Shown here piece by piece: positions 25,878 through 35,732 of a stretch of 64,000 nt of DNA. Within the stretch, counting starts at the first letter, position 1; each line of letters starts with the position of its first letter. The stretch spans positions 1 to 64,000 of the forward strand of contig CBDBHE010000006.1 in the NCBI GenBank assembly GCA_965205605.1, given 5' to 3'. Both the position numbers and the translations under genes were made by a program. Below the pieces are notes generated by a model, which did not search any database, had not been told where the DNA came from, and saw only the letters and a list, made by a program, of their open reading frames with translations. Origin of the DNA: Spirochaetota bacterium. GTDB taxonomy: Bacteria > Spirochaetota > UBA12135 > COTS27 > CBDBHE01.

Positions 25878-27656
25878 TTGATGAATTCTTTGAAAAATGT
25901 TTTTATACTAACTGCCTCTAGTGCTAAATATGGCTTAGGTCATTTTAAAAGAAGCCTTTTTTTACAAGATCAAATCATTCATTCAAAACTGATTCTTTAC
26001 CAAAGTCCTTCTCCTTCTCCTTCTTTTACTAACTTTAATAATTATCATAAAATTGTCAATTATTTAGTCAAACAAAATTGTCGAATTTTAATTCTTGATA
26101 AAAGAGAGAGCCCCTTTTTTTTTCTTAAAGCTCTAAAAAAAAACGAAATTATAACCATTGCTTTTGATAGCCAAGGAAAAGAAACTTTTTTTTATGACTA
26201 TCTTATTACAACCTTTCCTTCTTTAAAAGATGACTTGCAAACTAATTTACATGGTAGTACTTATTTAAACTTAAACTTAAACCTTTCCTCTTCTTTGAAA
26301 CCAAAAAAAAAGAAGCCAAATCAACTTTTAATTTATTTAGGATCAACGACTTCTTTTTTTTATCTTTTAAAAATTGTTTTTCATCTCAAATCTATTTTAA
26401 AATCTGATTCTGCTACAAATATTATTATTGTTGTAAAAGGGTCTTCAATTTTTTTTATTAGGGCTATTTTTAAATTATTTTTTTTTCATAAAGCATCTAT
26501 TTCTTTTTCGTTTATAAAACCAACAAATTCTTTTAAAGACCTTCTTAGGCAATCTAGTTTACTTATTTGCCATTATGGTTTTTGTGTTTTTGAAGCGTTA
26601 CATTTTCAAGTGCCTTTTGTTTTAGTGGATCCTACTAGTTATCATAAGAAACTTTCAAAAAAACATTTTAAAGATTTTATAGCAAATAAAAAAAACATTA
26701 ATCGAAAAGATACTAATAAGCTTTTAAAAGTTTATAAAAGCAGGTTTTCTTTAGGGGATAGATTTGAGGTTTTAATTAAGGTGATCAATGAGTTTAAAAA
26801 AGAAACAACATCTACTAAATGCCCTATTTGTTTTAAAGAAGGTTTGGTTATTATGAGAAGAAGCTGGATGAATTTACACTTGTGTCGATTTTGTGATTAT
26901 GAATATATGCGTATTTTTGGATTTAAGAAGGTTTTGAAAATAGAAGAAATGGATTATGGGAATGATTATTTTTTAAGTGAATATGAAAAGAATTATGGGA
27001 AAACGTATGTAAAAGATAAGCAAAATATTATTAACCTTTCTAGAGGAAGAGTTAAAACTTTAAGTAATTTTTTGAAAGAAACAAAAAATAAGACACTTTT
27101 AGAAATAGGGTGTGCTTATGGGTATTTTTTGGATGTGGTTAAGGAAGAGGCTTTTTTTCAAACAGAGGGGGTGGAGATTTCAAAACATGCTGCCTTGATT
27201 GCTAGTAAAAAACACCTTGTTTATAGGGATGATTTTTTATCAGTTAAGCTGGATAAGAAAGTGTATGATGTGATTGTTTTGTGGTTTGTGATTGAGCATT
27301 TTATGAAGGTTGATAAAGTAATTGAAAAAATGAGTCAATTACAAAAAAAAGGAGGATTGATTGGGCTTTCGACTCCTAATGGGAGAGGGTTTTCAGCTCG
27401 GTTTAATCGAAATGATTTTTTAAAAAATTCACCCGTAGATCATTATCATATTTTTAGTAAGAAAAGCCTTGAGAGAATTTTTAAAAAACATGGATATCGT
27501 TTTTTAAAGCTAGAAACAACAGGGATTCATTATAAACGATTTAGAAATCGTTTATATTTTTTAAGCTGGTTTATTTCTAAAAAAAGGTACTTTTTTTTTG
27601 CTAAGAAGTTTAATTTAGGAGATACCAATAATTTTTATTTTATCAAAAACAAATAG
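25878..27656 (+). CDS. PseG/SpsG-like glycosyltransferase-fold domain fused to a Zn-ribbon class I SAM methyltransferase
   Basis: N-terminal GLGHFKRS; CPIC...CRFC; LLEIGCAYGYF; YDVIVLWFVIEH; STPNG. Confidence 0.75.
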   Translation: MMNSLKNVFILTASSAKYGLGHFKRSLFLQDQIIHSKLILYQSPSPSPSFTNFNNYHKIVNYLVKQNCRILILDKRESPFFFLKALKKNEIITIAFDSQGKETFFYDYLITTFPSLKDDLQTNLHGSTYLNLNLNLSSSLKPKKKKPNQLLIYLGSTTSFFYLLKIVFHLKSILKSDSATNIIIVVKGSSIFFIRAIFKLFFFHKASISFSFIKPTNSFKDLLRQSSLLICHYGFCVFEALHFQVPFVLVDPTSYHKKLSKKHFKDFIANKKNINRKDTNKLLKVYKSRFSLGDRFEVLIKVINEFKKETTSTKCPICFKEGLVIMRRSWMNLHLCRFCDYEYMRIFGFKKVLKIEEMDYGNDYFLSEYEKNYGKTYVKDKQNIINLSRGRVKTLSNFLKETKNKTLLEIGCAYGYFLDVVKEEAFFQTEGVEISKHAALIASKKHLVYRDDFLSVKLDKKVYDVIVLWFVIEHFMKVDKVIEKMSQLQKKGGLIGLSTPNGRGFSARFNRNDFLKNSPVDHYHIFSKKSLERIFKKHGYRFLKLETTGIHYKRFRNRLYFLSWFISKKRYFFFAKKFNLGDTNNFYFIKNK

Positions 27657-27672
27657 TCTTTTTTATGTCCAG

Positions 27673-27957
27673 CTATTCAATAACAGCAGGGACGACGATA
27701 TGACCTGATTGAAAATTGGGAGCTAATTTTTTTACGATTTCATTAGAAGGTTTTTTGGTTTTTATTTTATCTTCTCGATTGATACTGACGGCTTGTGAAA
27801 TAGGATCAATAGGGGGTAAGTTGGAAATATCGATTTGGTTAATTTTTTCGATAAAGCTAATAATTGAATTTAAATTATTTAATAATTTTTTTTCTTCTTG
27901 TGGATTTAAATTAATTTTTGCGAGTTGTTGTAATTTTTTTATTGTTTCTTGATTCAT
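27673..27957 (-). CDS. gatC: Asp/Glu-tRNA amidotransferase subunit C
   Basis: IKKLQQLAKINL...REDKI...APNFQSGHIVVPAVIE. Confidence 0.9.
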   Translation of the reverse strand: MNQETIKKLQQLAKINLNPQEEKKLLNNLNSIISFIEKINQIDISNLPPIDPISQAVSINREDKIKTKKPSNEIVKKLAPNFQSGHIVVPAVIE

Positions 27958-27969
27958 GTTTATTTTCCT

Positions 27970-28926
27970 TTATTGTTCATAAAATTCTATTTCTTGACCG
28001 ATTTTTATTTTTGTGTTATCAAACCTTTTAATAATTTTTGCTTTTGAAAGATTTTTTGAAAGAATTCTTTGGATTTCAATAATAGCAACTTCTTTTTCTT
28101 TGTTACCATAATATTCATTTGTTTCTTGGTCAATAATAGGTTTACTTTTTTGATAAATGGTAAACTGTTGTCCTATAAAAAGGTTATTATTTTTTCCTAA
28201 ATTAATATAAACCGTCTCTTTATCTAAATCAACAACTTTTCCAAAATTGATAGAAGAGTTTTTTTGATTGTTTTGTTTTTTTCCTTGAAAAAAATCGTCG
28301 ACGATTTGATCTAAGGCTTCACTACAAGCTCCACCAATAATTGAGGTGTAAAATTGATCTGAATTCATGTCAATTTTTTTTTCTAATTGATTTATAATAC
28401 TTACATCTCCTATATCTCCTGGACTACCAGGTCCTCCGAGTAAAGCAATCCCTATGTTATGATTTTGAATGATTTTTTCAGCAATTTTAGGAGTACTTGT
28501 TGCTACATTTGTTTTACTTAATATTTCATATTCAATGTTGCAAACAGCGGTGTAATTATCCCAACCCCCTATTCCATACGAAGTGATACTAAATCTTGTG
28601 ATTTCAAATTTTTTAATTGTCCCTATTAAAATAAGATTAGCTTGAGCATTTGTTCTTGCATAATTTAAAATTTTTTTCTTTTGTTTGATCGTAAATCCTA
28701 TTTTTTTTTTATTAGGAAAATTTTTTCGAATAATGGTTATTTTGCTTTTTTTTCTTAACTTTTGAGCTAATTTTTTGGTTAATTGTTCTTTAATTTTCCA
28801 AGATCCCCTGTAGCCACTTTGGTCTCCTAGATTAAAAAGTAAAAGTTTTTTTTCTAAGGCGAAAGATTGTTTTGGAAATGTGAATAAAACAAAGCAAAAA
28901 ATAAAAAGTTTTATATTGTTTTTCAT
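27970..28926 (-). CDS. Exported protein with CsgG/TolB-N-like core and FlgT C-terminal-like domain
   Basis: Signal peptide; ANLILIGTIKKF; GKVVDLDKETVYINLGKNNNLFIGQQFTIY...IIDQETNE. Confidence 0.6.
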   Translation of the reverse strand: MKNNIKLFIFCFVLFTFPKQSFALEKKLLLFNLGDQSGYRGSWKIKEQLTKKLAQKLRKKSKITIIRKNFPNKKKIGFTIKQKKKILNYARTNAQANLILIGTIKKFEITRFSITSYGIGGWDNYTAVCNIEYEILSKTNVATSTPKIAEKIIQNHNIGIALLGGPGSPGDIGDVSIINQLEKKIDMNSDQFYTSIIGGACSEALDQIVDDFFQGKKQNNQKNSSINFGKVVDLDKETVYINLGKNNNLFIGQQFTIYQKSKPIIDQETNEYYGNKEKEVAIIEIQRILSKNLSKAKIIKRFDNTKIKIGQEIEFYEQ

Positions 28927-28932
28927 GAGAAA

Positions 28933-29946
28933 TTATTTTGAATAATAAAACATTTTATCAAGACTTTTTTTGGCTTTTTTAATTGTTTTAGAATCTAAAG
29001 TAATTAGATCTTGTGGGTTTGGGTTTTTAAGGACTCTTAAAATATCTTGTAGTGAATTAGATTTCATATAGCGACACATGTTACATGTCCCTATAAACTC
29101 TTTTTTTTTCATTTCGACTTGCATGCGAGAGGTTAGACCACATTCACTAAGAATAAAAAACTGTTTATCATTAGAGTTTTTAACATAATTTAGCATTTGA
29201 GAAGTACTGCCATTAAAATCGGAGTTTTTAATAATTTTTTCGTTACACTCTGGATGAGAAACTACTTTTAAACGCGGATATTTTCTTTTCAGAGCGATGA
29301 TTTCTTTTTGATCATAAGCTTCGTGGACATAACAAGAGCCATTATAAAGGCGAATTTCTTTTTTAATTCCTTTTTTTTTTATTTCTTCGATAATATTTTT
29401 TCCCATTAAATAGTCGGGCAAAAAGAATATTTTTTTACTTGGGACTTTTTCAATAATCTTGTAAACATTCGAAGAGGTTACGGTGATATCACAATGCGCT
29501 TTAATATCAGCGGTGGTATTGATGTAGCAAATAAAGGTGTAATCAGGGTATTTTTTTTTTAAAAGACGAATTTCTTTCACACTAATTGAATCAGCTAAAG
29601 AACACCCATTAAGAGTGCTTGGTACTAAAACTGTTTTTTTAGGATTTAAGATTTTTGCTGTCTCGGCCATAAACTTCACAGCAGCAAACACAATTATTTT
29701 TGCTTTTGTTTTTTTTGCATCAACACTTAATTTGTAAGAATCTCCCACAAAATCAGCTATCCCATAAACAATTTCAGGAGCCACGTAAGAGTGCGCTAAA
29801 ACGACCGCTTGTTTCTCTCTTTTGAGTTTATTAATTTCATTAATAAGCACCATATATTCTTCGCATTTCTCTTTTGAATACAAACAAGGAGCTGTTTGGC
29901 GACTTACTTTTTGGAGGGTTTGGAATAATTGTGTTTTTGTTAACAT
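28933..29946 (-). CDS. nadA: Quinolinate synthase A
   Basis: LAHSYV, GDSYKL, FMAETAKILNP, GCSLAD, YINTTA, CYVHE, HPEC, CRYMK. Confidence 0.95.
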   Translation of the reverse strand: MLTKTQLFQTLQKVSRQTAPCLYSKEKCEEYMVLINEINKLKREKQAVVLAHSYVAPEIVYGIADFVGDSYKLSVDAKKTKAKIIVFAAVKFMAETAKILNPKKTVLVPSTLNGCSLADSISVKEIRLLKKKYPDYTFICYINTTADIKAHCDITVTSSNVYKIIEKVPSKKIFFLPDYLMGKNIIEEIKKKGIKKEIRLYNGSCYVHEAYDQKEIIALKRKYPRLKVVSHPECNEKIIKNSDFNGSTSQMLNYVKNSNDKQFFILSECGLTSRMQVEMKKKEFIGTCNMCRYMKSNSLQDILRVLKNPNPQDLITLDSKTIKKAKKSLDKMFYYSK

Positions 29947-29966
29947 GGGAAATCTCTTTTATTAAA

Positions 29967-31229
29967 TTATATTGTATTTTTTTTGGTTCTTAAAGCTTTT
30001 TCTCGTTCTAAAACAGAGGGGTGAGAATAATAAAAGAGACTATAAAAAGGATGTGGCTTTGGGTTGGAAAGATTTTTTTCACTTAAAATATATAAGGTTT
30101 CGATAAGGGCTTTGGGAGTTTTTAATATTTTGGTAGCAAAAGCATCGGCTTCATATTCATTTTTTCTAGAAAAAAAATTGATGAAAGGGGACAATAAGAA
30201 AGAAGCTACTTGAAAAATTAGAATAAAAATAATAAAAGTACTTGCAAAATGACCCTGGGGCAAATTAAATGAAGAGTTAAAAATAGAATGAAACGTTAAG
30301 TAATCAAGAACATAAAACATTAAAAACCCTAAAAATATTGAAACAAAAAGAGATTTTATAAGATGTTTTTTTTTATAATGACCGATTTCGTGAGCTAAAA
30401 CAGCCTCTACTTGAGAAGGGTTTAATTGCTTTAAAAGGGTATCAAAGAAAACAATGCGTTTGTATTTTCCCATGCCTGTAAAAAAAGCATTGGAATGGGT
30501 TGATCGCTTTGAGCCATCCATGGCTAAAATTTCTTTAGAATGAAAATGGCTTTTTTCAGCAAGAGTGAGCAGCCTTTTTTTAAGAGGACCTTTTTGTAGA
30601 GGAGTTAGTTTGTTAAAAAGAGGCAAAATGATCTTTGGGAAAATTAGCTGAAGGATAAATTGAAACAAGCAGACCAAGATAAAAGCAAACACCCACCAAT
30701 AAGCTTCTAAAGCATTTAATAAACTCATCACTCCTATCAAAAGAGGATACATCAAAATCACAGAGAGAAAAAAACCTTTGAGTTTGTCTTTGATCCAAAG
30801 AAAAAGCGTTGTTTGATTAAAACCAAAAGTACCTTCTATTTTAAAGGTTTTATAAATCTCAAAAGGCATCCCTATTATTTGATACATCATAAAAAAAGCA
30901 AAAACAAAAGCAGCATTAAGCCAAGGAGCATCATTTTTTATAGGTCCCGACTCAAAAAAAAATTGATAGTAAATCCCTAAAAAACCACTGTTTAAAAGTA
31001 TCATTAAAACCACCATATCAAAGACAATTTCTAATTGATAAAAATTACTTTTTACTTTAGTGTATAATTTTGTTTTTTTTTCGATATTGAGATGGTCTTT
31101 CGTTTTTTTTTTTGAGTTTGGTATAAGGGTTGTTTTTTGTAAGTAAGCAAGATTGAGTTTTTCAAGTAATAATTCAAGGCTTTTTTTAAGAATAATAAGC
31201 GTATTAATACCAATTAGTACAAAGTTCAT
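29967..31229 (-). CDS. Ste24-like M48 family zinc metallopeptidase
   Basis: DGSKRSTHSNAFFTG, AVLAHEIGH, SRKNEYEADAF, YSHPSVLER; several TM segments. Confidence 0.93.
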   Translation of the reverse strand: MNFVLIGINTLIILKKSLELLLEKLNLAYLQKTTLIPNSKKKTKDHLNIEKKTKLYTKVKSNFYQLEIVFDMVVLMILLNSGFLGIYYQFFFESGPIKNDAPWLNAAFVFAFFMMYQIIGMPFEIYKTFKIEGTFGFNQTTLFLWIKDKLKGFFLSVILMYPLLIGVMSLLNALEAYWWVFAFILVCLFQFILQLIFPKIILPLFNKLTPLQKGPLKKRLLTLAEKSHFHSKEILAMDGSKRSTHSNAFFTGMGKYKRIVFFDTLLKQLNPSQVEAVLAHEIGHYKKKHLIKSLFVSIFLGFLMFYVLDYLTFHSIFNSSFNLPQGHFASTFIIFILIFQVASFLLSPFINFFSRKNEYEADAFATKILKTPKALIETLYILSEKNLSNPKPHPFYSLFYYSHPSVLEREKALRTKKNTI

Positions 31230-31410
31230 TTAGATGATTAGTTTGAGTGGTAAAATTAAGAGAATATTTTATTTTTGGAAAAATTATTTTTCATTAAATA
31301 TGATATTATAATATAAATCTTTTAATTGAAAGAAGCAAAGCGTTGATGAAGAGTCTTGCTTTATTTATTTTTAATATTAGTTCTTTGATTTTAATTATAG
31401 GGACAAATAA

Positions 31411-34251
31411 ATGGTATTTAAAAAATATTACTTTTTAATTTTTGTTTTATTTTTAATTGTGGGTGTTTCTTCTTTTTTTTTCAAACAAGCTTTCTTACAA
31501 GAAAGCAAAATTAATCTTAAAAATTTTTATAATAATACGTATTATTACGAGCTACCTAATGGGATGGAAGTTATTTTAAAAAAAACAACTAAAGCTCCCT
31601 TAACAGCGATTCACTTTAGAGTTAAAACAGGATCGATTCATGAAGAAGGTTATTATGGTTCAGGGCTATCGCATTTTTTTGAGCATTCTCTTTTTTTGGG
31701 AAGTGAGAAGCATCCTAAAAAAGATTCTTTTTCAGAAAAGATTGAAAGTTATGGTGGAGCCAATGTTAATGCATATACGACTTATGATCATACAGCTTAT
31801 TATTTCACGATTTTATCAAAATATACCACAGAAGGTTTAAAAGCAATTGAAGATTTAGTGTTTCATCCTCTCTTTCCCCCTCAAGAAGTGAAAAATGAAA
31901 TAGGAAGTGTTTTAAGTGAAATGGAAATGAGAGAGGATCAAGTGGATTATTATTTCAATGAGTTTGTGAGTCGATTTCTTTTTAAAAAACTTCCGTATAA
32001 GTATCCTGTGATTGGATTTCGAGAACGTTTTAGTCGTTTATCCCCTAAAGAGCTTTTAGAGTATTACTATAAAAGATATAAACCTAATAATATGATTTTA
32101 TCAGTTGTAGGCGATTTTGATTTGTCACAAATATTGGGAGTGATTGAAAAGGTTTTTTCACCACAGGAAAAGGGTGTCATTGATGAAATAGCTTATGAAG
32201 CTGAAGAAAAATGGAGTTTTCAGCGTGCTGAAACAAGTCATGCAAAAGCAAATTTTGTTCGTTTTTCATTAATATGGCAAACGGTTTCATATAAGGACAA
32301 GAAAATGTATCCTTTAGATGTTTTGGCGTATCTTTTGGGTTCGGGGAAGGGGAGCTTACTTTATGAGAAGCTTAAAGATGAGCTTAAATTAATTGAAGAT
32401 ATTTCAGCTTTTTCGTGGACGCCTAAAGAAAATGGTATTTTTGATATTTCTTTTTCTTTACCGGTGCTTAAAAGTAGAAATGAAATTAAGGAGCGAATTG
32501 ATCAGATTCAACTTGTTGTTGAAAACATGCTTAAAAATCTTTCAGTAAAAGCAATTGAAAAACATCGTTTAGAATCAGTTAAAAGAAGAATTCTTTTAAA
32601 CTTCATTGATAGTAGAGAAACTGTCATGGGGATGGCGATGGGTTTGGCAGAATCGGTAATGATGAAAGGGGGTAAGTTGAATCAAGATGAAATTTATCTT
32701 TCTAAGATTAATGGAGTGAAGAAAAAAGATATTATACGGGTTGCTAAAGAGTTTTTAAAACCTCATAAAATGAAAATTGCTATTTTAATGCCAGAAAAAT
32801 TTTCTAAACCAACTCCTCTTTATGCTAATTCGATTTTGGATAAGGCTAATTTAGGACGTTTTCCAATTAAAGTCAATCATTTGAAAAAAGAGCAAAAAGC
32901 TTCAAAGTCTAAATGGACTAATGTCCAAAAATTAAAGCAAGTCTTAAAAAAAAATACTATCAAATCTGATCATAAAAAACCACGCATTGCTTCTAAAAAA
33001 GTTTTAAAAAATGGGCTCAAGCTTCTTTTCTGCGAAGATAAAGAGCTTCCTAAAGTTGAGCTAATTATTGCTTCTTTAGGGGGTCTTGCTTTTGAAGAAG
33101 AGCCTATTTTAAATGGAAGTTTTAATCTTTTAACGCAACTTTTTATGACTTCTAATTCAAAGTATTCTAGAAAAGAGCTTATTTATAAACTCAAGCAGCA
33201 TGGGATTAGTTTGCAACCCTTCTCAGGTAAAAACTTTTTTGGTCTTAAGCTTAGTTTTTTAAAAGATAAAACTAGCATAGCTTCAAAGCTTTTAAAAGCA
33301 ATTTTGCTTGAAGAAAATTATTTTGAAGAAGATTTTATAAGAGAAAAAGAAGAAGTTCTTTTTGATTTAGAATCTCAAAAAGAAAATGGATGGGTGGTTT
33401 CTCGAGATAAATTTAGAGAAATTTTTTTTAAAGGAACAGTTTATGAAAAAAATCCAGAAGGGACTCAAAAAATTGTTGAAAAAATAAAATTAGAAGATCT
33501 GAAAAACCTTAAAAAACAATTTTTATACTCAAAAAATATGATTGTTTCTATTTATGGAGATATTCATTTTAAAGAAATTAAAAAATATTTTTCTTGGCTA
33601 GAAGCATTAAAACTTTCTTCAGCTATCAATGAAAAAAAGATTGTTTTGCAAGATATTTCATATGAAAAAACAAAGAGCCCTATTGTTACAAAACAAAAAG
33701 GATTTAGACAATCTTTTTTTAGAATGGGTTTTAGAGCTCCCGTGATAGGTGATCAAGATAGTATTAAATTTAAAGTGCTTGAAGGGTATCTTTCAGGAAT
33801 GGGGGGGCCTCTTTTTAAATTAAGAAGCGCTCCTTTTAAAAATAAAAATGGGGGACGTGCTTATCAATTAGGGGTTTTTTATGATGAAAACAAAGATTAT
33901 GGAGCGTTAATTTTTTACGCAGCTCTCCGTCATGAAGCAAGAAAAGAATATTCTTGGTTAATCCAATCTTTTTTAAAAGAAATTGAAGCTCTTAAAACGA
34001 CCCCTTTAACTCCCGACCAACTTAGAAGAGCAAAGCTTTCTGTGATTGGAGACGAAATGATAGCTTCACAAAGAATTGCAACTAAAGCTTTTCAAGAGAC
34101 CCTTTATGAACTTTATGGGTATGATTATTCTTTTTATGCTGATGAGCTTGATGAAATTGATCTTGTGACGGCTGAAGATATTTTAAGAGTAGCTCGTAAG
34201 TATTTAGAAAAAAATCGTTTTATGGTGCATGTTCTTTTGGGAGAAGAATGA
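31411..34251 (+). CDS. M16 family (insulinase/PqqL-like) zinc peptidase, two-domain, N-terminal signal/anchor
   Basis: LPNGMEV, SGLSHFFEH (HxxEH), NAYTTYDHTAYY; second M16 half beginning LKNGLKL. Confidence 0.92.
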   Translation: MVFKKYYFLIFVLFLIVGVSSFFFKQAFLQESKINLKNFYNNTYYYELPNGMEVILKKTTKAPLTAIHFRVKTGSIHEEGYYGSGLSHFFEHSLFLGSEKHPKKDSFSEKIESYGGANVNAYTTYDHTAYYFTILSKYTTEGLKAIEDLVFHPLFPPQEVKNEIGSVLSEMEMREDQVDYYFNEFVSRFLFKKLPYKYPVIGFRERFSRLSPKELLEYYYKRYKPNNMILSVVGDFDLSQILGVIEKVFSPQEKGVIDEIAYEAEEKWSFQRAETSHAKANFVRFSLIWQTVSYKDKKMYPLDVLAYLLGSGKGSLLYEKLKDELKLIEDISAFSWTPKENGIFDISFSLPVLKSRNEIKERIDQIQLVVENMLKNLSVKAIEKHRLESVKRRILLNFIDSRETVMGMAMGLAESVMMKGGKLNQDEIYLSKINGVKKKDIIRVAKEFLKPHKMKIAILMPEKFSKPTPLYANSILDKANLGRFPIKVNHLKKEQKASKSKWTNVQKLKQVLKKNTIKSDHKKPRIASKKVLKNGLKLLFCEDKELPKVELIIASLGGLAFEEEPILNGSFNLLTQLFMTSNSKYSRKELIYKLKQHGISLQPFSGKNFFGLKLSFLKDKTSIASKLLKAILLEENYFEEDFIREKEEVLFDLESQKENGWVVSRDKFREIFFKGTVYEKNPEGTQKIVEKIKLEDLKNLKKQFLYSKNMIVSIYGDIHFKEIKKYFSWLEALKLSSAINEKKIVLQDISYEKTKSPIVTKQKGFRQSFFRMGFRAPVIGDQDSIKFKVLEGYLSGMGGPLFKLRSAPFKNKNGGRAYQLGVFYDENKDYGALIFYAALRHEARKEYSWLIQSFLKEIEALKTTPLTPDQLRRAKLSVIGDEMIASQRIATKAFQETLYELYGYDYSFYADELDEIDLVTAEDILRVARKYLEKNRFMVHVLLGEE

Positions 34252-35723
34252 AAAATAGATTGACAAACATGCTTTTAAAAAATTGGATTTTTTCTAAAAG
34301 ACCAGACCTTTCCTTGGCTATTTGTATTGGTATTTTTAGTATTTTTTTTTATACGCTTAATTTAACGCCTTCTATTTCTGCAGGAGATAATGGTGAACTT
34401 ACAACAGCGATGCATTTTCTTGGTGTTGCTCATGCACCGGGGTATCCGCTGCATTCTCTTATTGGGAAGATAGCAACGTTTATTCCCATCCACAATGTTG
34501 CTTGGAGAGCTAATTTTTTTTCTGCCATTTGTGGGGGGTTGACTCTTTTTTTTGCAACGCTTGTTTATATACGACTATTAATATTAGTCAAAGTGCTTAA
34601 ACGGTATGTGTTTATTAGTGCTGCAGTGGCAGCTTTGGCATTCATGCTTTCAGAAACCTTTTGGGGACAAGCGATTATTTGTGAAGTTTATACGATGTCT
34701 TCCATTTTTTATCCTCTTTTATTTTTAATTCTTCTTAGGTGGTATGAAGCTGTAGTTGGAAATAAAGAAAAAAAATACCCTTATTTTGGAGAAAATTATT
34801 TGTTAGCTTTTAGTTTTCTTTTTGGGGTTGCACTTTGTGGTCATCAAACGATCATCTTAATTGAAGTTTTTGTTGGTTGTTTTGTTTTATATGGTCTTTT
34901 AAAGCATGTGATTTTACAGAGGAAACTTTCTACTAGACAATTGTATATTGGGATGGGGTATCTTGGATTTGTTTGCTTGGTTTTTTTAATGGCTTGGATT
35001 TTTTATTATTTATATATTATGAGGCTTAAATCAAATCTTTATTTTGAAGATCATCTTAATGTCAAAATAGGACTTGGTGTTTTTGTTTCTTTAAATTTAG
35101 TGTTATTTTTTTATTACTTTTTTTTCAGATTTTTTGCTTCTGATTTATTAAACCCACATAATTCACTACAAAAGCTTTCTTTTTTATTAATTAAAATGTT
35201 TGTTTTTCTTTATCTTGGTTTTGCGATTTATCTTTATATGATTATTAGAAGTCATGGTAATCCGCCTATTAATTGGATGGGCATTAGCGAAGCAGAAAGT
35301 TTTTGGGGGAAATTAAGTAAATTTTTTAATGCCCTTCACAGGAAGCAATTTGGAAATACAGGAAAGATTCCTTTTAGTCTTCATAATTTCGTTTGGCAAA
35401 TTAAGATTTTAATTTTTAATATTCATGGGAGTCAATTTACGATATCGTTTTTTTTATTAGCCCTGGGAGGACTTTTAAAACTTTATTTACGTTCTACTTT
35501 TTGGTTTTGGTTTCTTTTAATAATGGTCATTAGTTATAATCTTCAGTTGACACTTTTTCTTCGGTTTGACTTTAACGATAAGGATATTTTTTTTGTTAAA
35601 GTTTTTTATATTTTCTCTTATTTTACTTTTTCAATTTTCATTGCGTTTGGAATCAGCTGGTTTTTGGAAGCTTTAGAAAAAGGAATTTCTTTTTTTAAAA
35701 AAGAAAAAAAAATTAAAGGTTAA
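34248..35723 (+). CDS. DUF2723 / TMEM260-like GT-C membrane glycosyltransferase, N-terminal membrane part
   Basis: GDNGELTTAMHFLGVAHAPGYPL, FWGQAIICEVY, YLYMIIRS..PPINW; many TM segments. Confidence 0.85.
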   Translation: MKNRLTNMLLKNWIFSKRPDLSLAICIGIFSIFFYTLNLTPSISAGDNGELTTAMHFLGVAHAPGYPLHSLIGKIATFIPIHNVAWRANFFSAICGGLTLFFATLVYIRLLILVKVLKRYVFISAAVAALAFMLSETFWGQAIICEVYTMSSIFYPLLFLILLRWYEAVVGNKEKKYPYFGENYLLAFSFLFGVALCGHQTIILIEVFVGCFVLYGLLKHVILQRKLSTRQLYIGMGYLGFVCLVFLMAWIFYYLYIMRLKSNLYFEDHLNVKIGLGVFVSLNLVLFFYYFFFRFFASDLLNPHNSLQKLSFLLIKMFVFLYLGFAIYLYMIIRSHGNPPINWMGISEAESFWGKLSKFFNALHRKQFGNTGKIPFSLHNFVWQIKILIFNIHGSQFTISFFLLALGGLLKLYLRSTFWFWFLLIMVISYNLQLTLFLRFDFNDKDIFFVKVFYIFSYFTFSIFIAFGISWFLEALEKGISFFKKEKKIKG

Positions 35724-35732
35724 TTTTAAGCG

